Source: Fimbriosthenelais zetlandica (taxonomy: Eukaryota). Taken from it: a stretch of DNA of 64,000 bases. The notes beneath the pieces are model-generated. The model did not search any database. It was not told the DNA's origin and saw only the letters and a program-made list of their open reading frames with translations. The stretch lies in the NCBI GenBank assembly GCA_977030845.1, contig OZ365109.1:42284001-42348000 (forward strand), given 5' to 3'. This document shows positions 40,701 through 51,322 of this stretch, one piece after another (the first letter of the stretch is position 1; the number at the start of each line of letters is the position of its first letter). Made by a program: the position numbers and the translations under genes.

Positions 40701-43700
40701 TTCCAAAATTGAGTCAGTTTTGAGACCCAAGATCCGGCCTTACCAGCGCCCTAATTTTGGTGATGCAAGTAATGAACCACCAACAAAGCCAGTCTCTGTG
40801 TCTGTCTCCTCCCCGTTTAGAACCGAGGAGGCAACATCTCCTGGATCTTTACAGAAGGTCAGTAAGTCTATACCCAGTTCACCACCACCACCCCCTGCTA
40901 TTTCTGATGCATCTCACACTCAGGCAAAATCAAACGCCTTTAGCATGAATGGAAAAACTAGTGCCTTTAGCACAAGTGGAAAAACAAGTGCTTTTACCGC
41001 CATCGGGGAAGCCAATGTCCATCACACAGAAGGAAAAGCTAATTCCTCGCCGACAGATCTTACAACAGGTGCCTCTTATGCAGAAGCAAAGACGCAAGAA
41101 CATTTAAAAGCAACACCTGCGCCTGTTACAAGCGTTATTGAGTCTCAGTCAAGGGCTACTGTCAGGATTCCCTCGGCCAAGGTTCAGACAGACCCAAGTC
41201 CTCTACCCACTACCAACACAGGTGATGAAATAGTGAGTGAGCGTAGAAAAACTATTATCATTCCTTCCGCAAAAGAGCAGCCTCAGACTTCCGGTCCTGA
41301 AGTATCGTCTGGGGATATCACTTTAACGGTGACGTCATCAGGAAGACATTCCATCATCATACCATCTGGTATAAACACAGAACCAGAAGTAAAGCCAATA
41401 TCAGATGAAATAATACAAAGAGAACCCTCACGGAACACCATAACTATATCTGCTAAACCATCAGCGGTAAATATGATTGCTGATGTTGTATCAATGGCTG
41501 CCAGGGATACGATACAAATACCTTCTAAACCCAGTGTCAATTCGCAAGTTGCCACTGGACCAGTCATGCCAGAGACTACCCAATCGGCAGTTATTCTGAA
41601 TGAAGCCCCTCGTAAAACTATCAAAATTCCTAAACAGTTCCAGCAGACCCAACATGAGGAACAGACTGAGGCGGTACCCGCTGGGAAGTTGAAAAAGCTC
41701 GCATCAATGTTCGAGAAAAAAGAAGAAACAAATCATCCCATCGCCAGGAAACATTCAAGTTCCAGTCGAAGTTTAAAGCTGCCAGAGGCGTTCAAACAGG
41801 GTCAGTCCACTAATGGTGTTCATGAAGGAAGTAAAGAACCCAGCCACATCTCAGCCTTCCAAAAACCCATGACTAATGGCGGATCTGCATTCAGGGTCTA
41901 TAACGCATCCCAGAACACGACTCAAACCGAATCGCAAGCCCAACCCCCCGACTTCCCTCCCCCTGATTTCTCTCCTCCTCCGCCCCCGTCCACTCTCTTG
42001 CCCTCAGATGATGACATGAAAGGTAACTTTCCCCCGCCTCCTCCACCTCTGCCTAATTCTGACTGTCCTGTGACACCCACCACCCCTGACTTCCTGCCTC
42101 CACCACCTCCACCACTTCCACCTGGCACCATGTTTCCAGAACCAACCACCGCACCCGCTCCAGCCAAAGAAGCGCCACCTACAGCCGATCTGTACAAGAA
42201 ATACGAGGACGCCATGAGGGAAGCTGAACCTACCGGTCCAATTCAATCCCGTACTTTCAACGTGCTCTCCGATAGGATGGAATCTGAACCAGGTACCCTT
42301 AATTAAGTTCAAAGGACAACTACTGCTAGATGTCTTCAGTTCTGATCAAGTATATATAAACACTTGATCTCTTTGGCTTTTTATTCTCTCCTAAAGCTTC
42401 AAAGTATTTATTGTCATATTCTATTCGTGTACAGGGTTTTGACATGGCTCCTCTAAGATCAAATGAACTGCAGCTATATTATAATTAAGATATTCTGCAA
42501 ACGCACTGTCTGAATATGTGCACATATTTACCATCATATTAAGTTTAGTTTCTTGCAGGGCCTCTGGGAATTTAAAAGCTACGCTAAAATTTCACGTGAT
42601 GCACTATTTAGTTTACTACAGGAACTTACAGCCGATGCTGCAAGTCTCCTTCAAGCCAGTATTAGCAAGAATAAAATCATGTTTGAAAACTGCAATTTAT
42701 CTTATTCCACACCCAAATGTCTATTTTACACTATGTGAGATATCGATATTTGGTTTTGATTTCGTTAAAATGCCAAGTTTTATTAGTCCCTCTTTGTACA
42801 GCATGTGCACCTCTTGTTGCATTTTGATCAGATATTTTTATTTCCTTTGTCAATATCTTTCAGTCGTATTTATGTTGATGTCTCAGCTTGCAAATAACGA
42901 ATCCATTCTCTGCAGCTTTTCAGGAGCGTCAGACTTTGCAGATAATCGCAGTCAGTTTTTTCAATTGCAGGCCAAATCCACAGGGGAACATGCAGGATAT
43001 CTGTGTTGCTTGGATGTTAATTTATCAACTTAGTTTTGCTTTTGACACCAATTGCTTACCCGATCCCATTTCTTTAGTTTCCTCATAGGGTAAAATATAT
43101 TTGGCGACAACACTTGTATTACAAATATTCTAATATATCTTAATCTAAAGCAAATGTAGCCTACCATGTAAATAAATTCTTTATGTAATTGAAATTCAAG
43201 AATATCTTTATAAATTTGGAAAGCAAATTAAATTTTTGTAGAGTTTGAACTGGTCAATTGAAAATATTTGCAAAAGAAATAAGTTAGATGAATTTACAAA
43301 TATCTAAATTACCAATAACGTGAAAGAATTGTACATCATTGTGAGTTTTTTTAAATATATTTATGAGCCGTATGTTGTTTGTTTTGGTACAGAGCCTGCA
43401 GCAGGTATACAGGGATTGCCACCTCCACGGTCAGCCTACCAGGAACGTAGGCGTGCTGAGGGACAACCTTACGCCTCGCCCCGAGTGAAGGTCTTCATGC
43501 CCCAGCAGTATAACACGCCGCTGGGCATGTACTCTGCACAAAATGTGGTAGAAACCTTCCAGGGTCAAGCAGAGCGACAACTGGAGAACCTAGAAAGGTA
43601 AATTGTACACCGCTGTCTAGTGCTCAATACTTGGGATACTGCTTCTGAAGGGCACATCGCCTGAGTATTTCATATTGCATAAGATGAACTATCTGGGGCA

Positions 43701-44084
43701 TATCTCATAAGCTTGTCCTTTAATTCCTGATCCATCACGGTTAATAGCCTGAATATTTCCTGATACATCTCGGGGACATCCTGACATTTCCGTTGCATCC
43801 GGGGAAGTATAGTCTGGGCCTTTCCTGTCCTGTCTGGTGGCATAACCTGAGCCTTCTCTGATACACCTAAGGAAATAGCCTGGGTATTTCCTGACCCATC
43901 TCCAGTTCAATTTCAAGATATTATATGGCATGCAGTTAATGACATATGTATACTATAGAGTTTTTGTGTATTTGGTGATAGATCAATTGTTTTTTGCAGC
44001 AAACAACCTGACGTGTTTTCAGGAGCCCAGCGGGCAGTTCTAGAAGAAGACCAGTATCAAACACGTTCTGCCTCAGATTTCTAA
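13626..44084 (+). CDS. Zasp: LIM-less Zasp/PDLIM-family (ALP/Enigma) PDZ + ZM-motif Z-disc/actin scaffold, about 1470 aa maximal isoform
   Basis: Exons 13626-13739 and 27228-27379 (PDZ: [28 protein letters not shown]), 27734-27818, 31464-32549, 35261-35382, one of 35977-36095 / 37094-37203 / 38664-38776, 39591-39813 (ZM1 [10 protein letters not shown]), 40068-42292, 43393-43597 (ZM2 [21 protein letters not shown]) and 44000-44084 (stop). All junction phases are compatible (0,2,0,0,2,1,2,1,2). The symbol is family-level only. Confidence 0.88.
15592..15733. other. Assembly gap (142 N) between a low-complexity CT-rich tract and a minisatellite
   Basis: N run read directly. Confidence 0.99.
15738..15995. 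repeat. Degenerate minisatellite, unit about 52 bp, about 5 copies
   Basis: Recurring cttaatacattcatgttt ... cccctcttccttct units. Confidence 0.8.
17439..17687. mobile_element. TTAA-flanked MITE (Kolobok-like termini), 249 bp
   Basis: TTAA|AGGGGCATC ... GACGCCCCT|TTAA, with TTAA at 17435-17438 and 17688-17691. Confidence 0.6.
18648..18720. repeat. Short GGCGGATCCAG...AAATCCTGG interspersed repeat
   Basis: gggcggatccagg at 18648 and aaatcctgg at 18712. A related copy lies at 30918-31034. Confidence 0.4.
22670..22900. repeat. CT-rich low-complexity tract
   Basis: Direct reading. Confidence 0.75.
27228..27379 (+). CDS. PDZ domain, C-terminal half (exon 2), after a 13.5 kb intron
   Basis: tctatttcag|, [51 protein letters not shown], |GTTGGT. 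Confidence 0.92.
29591..29680. repeat. (ATCC)n microsatellite
   Basis: More than 20 near-perfect atcc units, with a degenerate extension to about 29440. Confidence 0.95.
30918..31034. repeat. Short hairpin-type interspersed repeat (ggccgatccag ... cctggatctgcccc)
   Basis: Imperfect inverted ends, same family as 18648-18720. Confidence 0.45.
31464..32549 (+). CDS. Giant proline-rich phase 0-0 cassette exon of the PDZ gene (362 aa)
   Basis: Acceptor ttgtcctttgtag| at 31463, open frame, donor GAG|GCAAGT at 32550. Contains 15-bp (PMPQA-type) and 6-bp (PA)12 tandem repeats. Confidence 0.8.
31950..32090 (+). repeat. Coding 15-bp tandem repeat ([15 protein letters not shown], about 9 units)
   Basis: atgccccaggcccca-type units read directly. 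Confidence 0.9.
32271..32342 (+). repeat. Coding hexanucleotide repeat (cctgcc)12 encoding (Pro-Ala)12
   Basis: Direct reading. Confidence 0.95.
35977..36095 (+). CDS. Alternative exon A (AM-like motif [12 protein letters not shown])
   Basis: ttcctgcag| ... CAAG|GTAAGG, 119 nt, phase 2 to 1. Confidence 0.82.
37094..37203 (+). CDS. Alternative exon B (AM-like motif [12 protein letters not shown])
   Basis: ttcttgcag| ... GAGG|GTAAGG, 110 nt, phase 2 to 1. The same peptide motif as exon A with synonymous differences. Confidence 0.85.
38664..38776 (+). CDS. Alternative exon C (AM-like motif [12 protein letters not shown])
   Basis: ggttgcag| ... AATG|GTAGGT, 113 nt, phase 2 to 1. Confidence 0.8.
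39591..39813 (+). CDS. ZM (ZASP-like motif) exon 1
   Basis: [20 protein letters not shown], tatcag| ... AAG|GTAAGA, phase 1 to 2. Confidence 0.88.
40068..42292 (+). CDS. Giant 2225-nt low-complexity exon of the PDZ gene
   Basis: Uninterrupted ORF bounded by attttag| and CCAG|GTACCC, phase 2 to 1. Ends in FPPPP motifs and a fourth AM-like motif [12 protein letters not shown]. Confidence 0.88.
43393..43597 (+). CDS. ZM exon 2
   Basis: [25 protein letters not shown], ggtacag| ... AAG|GTAAAT, phase 1 to 2. Confidence 0.9.
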
Positions 44085-44963
44085 GATCTCTTTAATAGAT
44101 TTAATAACTATAAGAACAAGTGAGTACAAGTCTTGGGTATTTTATTTAAAGGGATATTAGCTTTTTCTAGAAAAGAAACCTAAAGAAACTGATATTAAGT
44201 GTCGAACCACAAACTTATTCTAAGAAAAATAGCATGAATACTAAATAAAAATGTTCTGGTAAGAGACAGAGAAATGCACACAAAACGATGTCATTGCTTT
44301 CTGCGTTTGTGCAATGTTGCAGGCCTATACGTGTGTAGTTGATTCAAAAAAAGAACCAACAATTATCAAAAAGAGGAAGAAGAAGGCACTTGAGTTACTA
44401 TAAATGGCCTATTAACCGCATGGTCGGAAATGCTTTTTGAGATCAACTCCTATGAGTGCGCCACCAGTGTGGAGAACTGTGAAACTAATGAAAACGGTGC
44501 GAGTTGTGACCTGCTACCTGTTGCAATGGAAAAATGGCGGTCAATTCTCCCAATTTTGAATTGATTATAAATACAAATTTTGTGTAGGCCCATGTTTTGC
44601 AGAAATAACTGCACATGAATAAAATGAGTGCAGTTACGTTCATTTTAGTGAAACCTCGAAAAAGCCAATGTCCCTTTATAGTTTAATTCTTTTGAGAATT
44701 TTAAATTAATGTTAAACTAATGTATTTCACTAAGTTGATAGTTGCTTGACTTGCCTTTGATATTATTGACCACTCTCTTCTCATATACTTCCTTTACATT
44801 TTTTCCTAAAAAATCAGCATAAATAGCTTTTGGAATTTGTTAACAAGAGCATTTCAAATAATATTCATATGATTAGTTCTCACTATTTATGACGGTCTCA
44901 AATCTTTTTCTCGTTGCACATTAAATTCAGTTCAGTGATTGAATTTGCTACATTTTTCTATAG

Positions 44964-46100
44964 GCGATGAAAACGATGGCCTGAAAGATACAGGCATGGA
45001 AATGCGCATGATGGTCCTGGAAAATTAAGTGTCGTCCATCGCAAAATATAACGACCATCGACTGGACTACAGGGACACCAAACTACACTGAGTGGAAAGT
45101 TTATGTAACCAGTATTACTTTAAAACTATATTCTGTTCAATATGATACCAGAAAAAGATATTTTGGACGAGGTTATTTTGATATTATCATCACTTTAATA
45201 TCACCAAATTGCATGAACTTTAACTAACTTTAACCGTTGTTAAATTTCTTGAGACATTGTTAGCGTTTTCAAAACGTATCGTTGATGTTTTTTCTAAAAT
45301 TTGTTGACATTCATATGGAACAATTTGTTGGCGTATTTGAAATGTTTTGCTCATCATTATATTATTTGAAGACGTTTCGTTTTCAAGACTGTCTTTAAAC
45401 GATAAAGTATCTTATTAGCTTCAGTTATGTAATTTGAAGATAAATCTCAATATAATTATGGTGCTTGGACTTTGTGACCTCGGTCGCATATATAACTTGC
45501 AATATTTCCCAATATGTAGGCTGGCTGTGTAAATTAGTTGCAAATGTGGCAACTTGAGAGCTTAAAGTAACAAAATATGAGGAAATCCTGTAGCAATTGA
45601 CATTGCGCCTTTTTTTATGCCTTTTACATTATACCACCGGATTGTTGCTAATCTATTTCGTTGCCATGCAAATGTTAAATTGTATTATCCCCTAGAAGTG
45701 CATTTATTTGCATAATGTGGCACGATTGTATATTTCGGCGTGCCTTAAACTTTGCTATTATTAAGAAATATAAAGTATGTAATAAAGTCTGATTTAAGGG
45801 TGGACTAGTCCTACTTTTTTATCAGAATGTGCTACGGTATACAACTCAGTGCTTGACATTTTCTAAAGTTTTATTTGACCCTTGTATAATCGACAAGAAA
45901 TGAACGGTACAGGCTTTGTACGTTGAGGTCTTCTGTAAATTGGAGGAGAATCCCTACAAGGCCTGTAGTAGCCGTCTCTATCATGATGAGTCGTTGATAC
46001 CCTCTTCTTCCTTCCATCTACCAACCAAGACAAATCTACCCAAGTCGAACTGAATGGAGAATGTATAGCGTCTGTATGATCATCATTAAATAAACATTAT
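44964..46100 (+). other. Probable terminal 3' UTR exon of the PDZ gene
   Basis: Donor ACAA|GTGAGT at 44120 (35 nt after the stop), strong acceptor catttttctatag| at 44963, AATAAA at 45781 and 46089. Confidence 0.5.
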
Positions 46101-46898
46101 TAGAAACCCACTTATTTTTCTTGTTCAGCAAATATTATTCCATTGAATGAATTAGTCAGTTACATGAAATCGATAGCAAATAACTAATGGATATGAAAGC
46201 AATAGACCAACTTAGGTGATCACCGGAGGGAGGCAGTTTTATCAGATATATATGCCTGCAGCACACTGCTCGATACATACAAACCCCCCGTATGACATGC
46301 GTGTCTCTATGGCCATGTGCATGCTTTGTAGTTGCCATGTAACATCTGGAAGCAATATTTCAGAAACTCTGCAACCAGCATCCCTCTGTAGAAGTACTTA
46401 TAACCAAACGATTGTTACAGAAAAAAGGGTGCACTCAGAAACTTGCGACTGGCAGTAACGGCTGTTCAGGTTATAGTCGACTGCCTCAGCGCATTTTGTT
46501 ATCCATACTGGTTAATTTTAGTGGATATATAATTATCATTTTGAAACGACCCCCAGAATGACCATCCTTCACTGAAGATGAATAGATTAACCGTGTCAGG
46601 TGAAAGTTTTTCGGACGGGATGGGGTGGGCTTACTATGAATTTTCAGGTAGGGCCTAATAATAAATTAATATAGATCAAGAGAAAATATAATTAAGAAAA
46701 TATAGGCATATTCTGCTGAAGATGATGTATTCAGATTCGGTCCATTTAGGGGTTTCTTGAAGGATAGGTGAGATTAAGGAAAAACTGAAAATTAAAGTGT
46801 GAAATGTAATTGAAAATATTAAAGAATTGTGACAGTAATTTTAAGTAAATAGAAGGAGCAAAAATTAAATGAAATGGAAAAAAAATGAACGAGCCGGA

Positions 46899-47028
46899 GG
46901 GAGTAATTCCCCGACATGCCTTTCCCGTCACCCAATAAATTCCAACTTTCTGCATGCATGCCGAATACAAATATATAAGATTTTTATAATAATAAAAAAA
47001 TAAAATAAAATGTCGGGGAGTAACCCCC
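46899..47028. repeat. Small inverted repeat / MITE-like relic
   Basis: gggagtaattccccgacat (46899-46917) versus atgtcggggagtaaccccc (47010-47028). Confidence 0.5.
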
Positions 47029-49839
47029 TGACAATGTGACATCCTCTCCATCACCCTCAATAAATCCACACTTTCTCCACGTTGAAAATTTGCCTGGCAC
47101 GTGCCTCAGTGAAATGCAGGTAAAGAACAATGGCTATGGAAATCAGCCAGTCACGCTGGGTTTTTCATGGCCCGCATGTAGCCATGAATGCCATGATAGA
47201 CTGGTGCATAAATACCAAGATCTGACATGCATGTCTTCAGTAGATCACAGGTAGACGCCCAGGTAACATGGACATGCACGACCGTAAGGATGACCATATA
47301 TAAGGTAAGAAAAATCACAAAATTTGAAATGTTCTAATTAAATTTAACTTTATTCCACTGAGCCAATGCATTAGTTAATATTGCAGACTGAATAAGATTT
47401 TGCATATGCCGCAGAAATTCGAGGGCTAATGTTGCAGTGAAATTAACTTTTTTCACATTGTTTGAACTATTGAATTATATTAACTGGAGTGGGGTCACAA
47501 GGCACTGCAACTATTTTCTGGGCTGTCCCACAATTTTGGCTATACATGTATATGATCAATTTACTCTGGGATGTCACACACATTGGAATGGAACAGGATT
47601 AAAGTTAACATTCTTTTCAAAAATTATTTTGAAAAAAAAAACACATTTGAACATAAATCGCTCACGTTGTGCTAAAATGTTGTACTCGTATAGTACATTG
47701 GAAACGTTCTCTAGCTGCATGTCAGGAATGTTTGAATAAGGTTTGTAGTTATATACGAACACAGTTGTAGTAGGGACACACTAATCCGACTCCACAATCC
47801 TTCGCCATCCGATCCCCCATTCATAATATGATATCCAATTATTGAATCAGTGGTTATATCGAACCTTACCTAGGTGTAAAGGTCTATTCAAATTTATTAC
47901 ACGCCTCTGTAATACATATACATGTAGTTTCGGACAGCTAATTTCAGATGGCGCTGAATTTATAATAGAGAATCGGATTAGTATGCACCAGCTTTATGTA
48001 TAATTATAATGAGTTTGTTGCTTACTTCTAGGAAAAATAATCAAAGACACATCCATGCCTCAGTGGCTTTTACTGGTGGTTTTTCACAGGGACATTCCTG
48101 ATCAAGTGAAGGTGACTCTGTAGAAAGCCGTCAGTTAATCTAGCCCACAATGTCATCCAGTAGCCTAAACGAAGAATTCCACAAGTCGGTCAAACTCTGA
48201 TCAACATATAATCATGTCTAATATTTGCAGGAAGGGTAATGTATGCAGGTATACTGAATCCCTGGACTGAATCACTGCTTAATTTCGGGGATGCTCATCA
48301 TTATTTGACTTGTTATAACATAAGCTGAATATAATATTTACACATAGGCCTACTAGACAGTGAATTAGTCCGATTTAAAAAACAGAAAGTGTTGTGTATA
48401 TTTTAAAATTTTTCAAGAAATGATACTTTCCGCAATGACAGTTAGTTAAATATATAGTTCGTACCTTCATCCCTCTTTTGATGGTTTTTGTCAGGGACAA
48501 GGGACATCTCAAAGAATCCTTGACTCTGTAGAAAACCGTCGGTAGAGGGCATGGGAAATCGTCATTTAAGCCCAAATCAACATCAACATCAGGTATATTG
48601 TATTTTAGTAGGGCGGGAGTATAATATCTATAAATCATCATAATATAATACATTTTAGACCATTCTATGAATTTTTCTAAAAATGACAAAATGTTACTAA
48701 AAAAAACAGTTCTATATCTATCTAACCAATAGGAGAACCTTATTTTATCTAATCATTCTTCATAATACGTCGTCACCTATATTAATAATTAAATATGGAT
48801 TCTGTTTGCATTTTTGAGAATATTTATTGAAACTCATTTTAACACCTATCATGCCTGTAGGCCTACCGGATTTCATATATACACCATGATATGAAGTTTA
48901 TGCTTATGCCATATACATGTCACAGTATCGATCTATAACATATAATTATTTCGTGTCAACATCCTATTCTAAACTGATTTACGATTTCTGTACATTATAA
49001 CATATTCAAAAATGACAATTAATGTCTTCTTCAGGACACAAAAACCAACACATGTATAATGTTAATGTATAATAACAATTATTATTTGTGAATTTTATTT
49101 CTTCGCATGATAATTTCAAAATAATATTTACACTATTGAGACTCAAGTCCTAGTTTATCTTGACAATAGATTTCCCACACCATGGTGCCAGCTGGGCCTT
49201 CCTGAATATGTTTCCATGGTTGCAATGCCTCAAACCTATTGGACATGCATCAGAGAAAATAGACCCCCATATGCCTCGGCTTATCGTTATGTAGGCCAAA
49301 AGTTTTATGGACATTACATTCATACCTAAATGGACAACAAACCATAGAAATAACATTCATGAAAAGACATTATTTCACCTCTACATGCGCACGCATCTCT
49401 ACCCGCGTTCGCTATTAAATCTTGTAAATAAACTCATATAGATAACATGAATGAATGGAGGAATATGTCATCGATATATTAACGTGCATGACTATATTTG
49501 AAGTTACATTGTTGATGTATCAGATAATTTATAGGTATGAGTGAATAAATGTGTTCCTGGAATATTCTTGTGTCAACTTGTCATAATTCAGACTTTTCTT
49601 TTTCCTATATTCTCCAGCTCTGTTCTTTCGATAGAAAAGGATCATTGGTTTTAAAAGGCCACTGCTCCTGGTACAAATAGTACACATCTATATAGGGGGA
49701 AAGCAAATTTGAAGATAGTATGTCATGTCAGAAGCGTTGAAAAGTAATTGAGAACAGAAGGCAACTCAAACAATAAAAGCTAAGACCAAATCAGTTGGCC
49801 TACTGTTAAAACGTGTAAATGTCTAGCGATCCAGGGAGT

Positions 49840-49918
49840 AGCGAAAAGTGATTTACGAGACTGTGAATCGAACCCCGGTCTCACGCGCTCAAGGCCAGTG
49901 TCTCACCTCTAGGCTATC
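49840..49918 (-). pseudogene. tRNA-derived segment (Pol III A/B box), degenerate
   Basis: Minus strand reads TAGCCTAGAGG (A-box-like) ... GGTTCGATTC (B box). No intact cloverleaf seen. Confidence 0.6.
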
Positions 49919-51240
49919 TGGATGAGAGGTCAGTACCGTCCAAACGCTCAAATTTAGCCTGAACCGTCCAGGACAAGGCTAAATCGCAATTTTTTAAAAT
50001 AACATGTATTTTGCCCCCCGGACCCTTCCCTGGCCCCACCCCTATGTCTACCCCCAGCACTTCCACCAACTTCCTTCAAAAACACCAGCCCGATTTGAAA
50101 CGGCTAACATCTCAAAATCCATTGCAATAGGCCACTGTGTATAGTACTTCCCATAGGCTCCAATGTTAAAATTTATTTAGCCCCCGCGAACCCCTTCCCA
50201 GCCCCCAACCTCTACCCTGACCCCCAATGTTCACCCCGGCATCCACACCAACTCCCTCCAAAAATTCAGCCCGATTCTATGCTTTAACCTGTCTAAATCC
50301 TTTGGATTCGGCAAAAGTGTCCCGTCCATAGGCGTAATGTTAAAAATCACTCACGATTACAGGAATGTGTACCACAGAGCCGGTTCGCCAGTCTACTCCA
50401 ATCGGATTTTTCTCTACCTGATACATATTATTTCCACTCAAGCCCATACTTATGTACAGCTTATGTCGTCTATTGATAAACCCCGAAGGACCGGAGACAA
50501 AAAAACTAGGAAAACCCCGATTTCTGCAAAGTTGACAAATCGGCCCTGTGTATACAGGCCTATAATTTGGCCTTTTAAAAACCTTAACAGCGCCCTCTCA
50601 CTAAAAGTCGAAAAAGTTGAATAACTCCCTAAATAATGGGTCTAAAATTAAAATTCACACGGATTATTCTTAGTTGGACGCATCTCCAGGTATCTATGTG
50701 GTTTTTATGGAACTAACATTAATTTAAAATTTCGATTTTTCAAAATTGAATCAATTTCAGGTCTCTAACATTGATCTCTATGGAAGGAGCAAGCCAGCGC
50801 GATAGTGGCGACCCAACTTATGCAGTGGCAAAAAGGTGAACTAGCTTACTATGATCTAGCCATGAACGATGGCCTGGCTACCACGCGATCTAGGCCTACT
50901 CCTGGCGTGGAGTGGCATTTGTGGGAAGGGCCTACTGGTATGGCCAGATTGGTTGTGGGATTAAGGGATAGAGGCGGGTCAAATAAATTAATATTTAGCC
51001 ATGTCTGGGCCATACCGATTGTGCTTTGTTTCCTACCATCCCCCCCCCCCCCAAGCGATTTTGATAGGTTAGACGTTTGAAATCGGGCTGGAATTTTTGG
51101 AGTGAGTTGATAGCCGTGCTAGGGATAGACATGCGGGGTGGAGTGGAAGTTGGGGGAGGGGGAGGGGTCCGGGGGTTAAATTTTTTTTTATAAACGGAGT
51201 GTGTAATGAAGTGGCAGGAGAGGTTCAGTGAATATGTGAG

Positions 51241-51322
51241 GCGGTAGTCTAGAGGTAAGGCACTGGACTGGAACGCGAAGGACAGGGGTTTCGATTCCCC
51301 GTCTGGTAAATCACTTTTCGCT
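51241..51322 (+). pseudogene. tRNA-derived segment (Pol III A/B box), degenerate
   Basis: TAGTCTAGAGG (A-box-like) ... GGGGTTTCGATTCCCC (T-arm/B-box-like). Shares the 3' flank gtaaatcacttttcgct with the copy at 49840. Confidence 0.6.

Noticed and set aside
41283-42312. Minus-strand ORFs over the giant exon
   Set aside because: Antisense to a well-supported coding exon, with no independent domain signal.
42971-43015. 45-nt phase 1-1 candidate poison exon before ZM2
   Set aside because: Weak donor (gat|GTTAAT) and no supporting evidence.
48107-48545. Conserved TGA-CTC-TGT (possible Sec-x-Cys) in the duplicated block
   Set aside because: An additional in-frame TGA lies upstream in one copy, there is no coherent ORF, and no SECIS was recognised.
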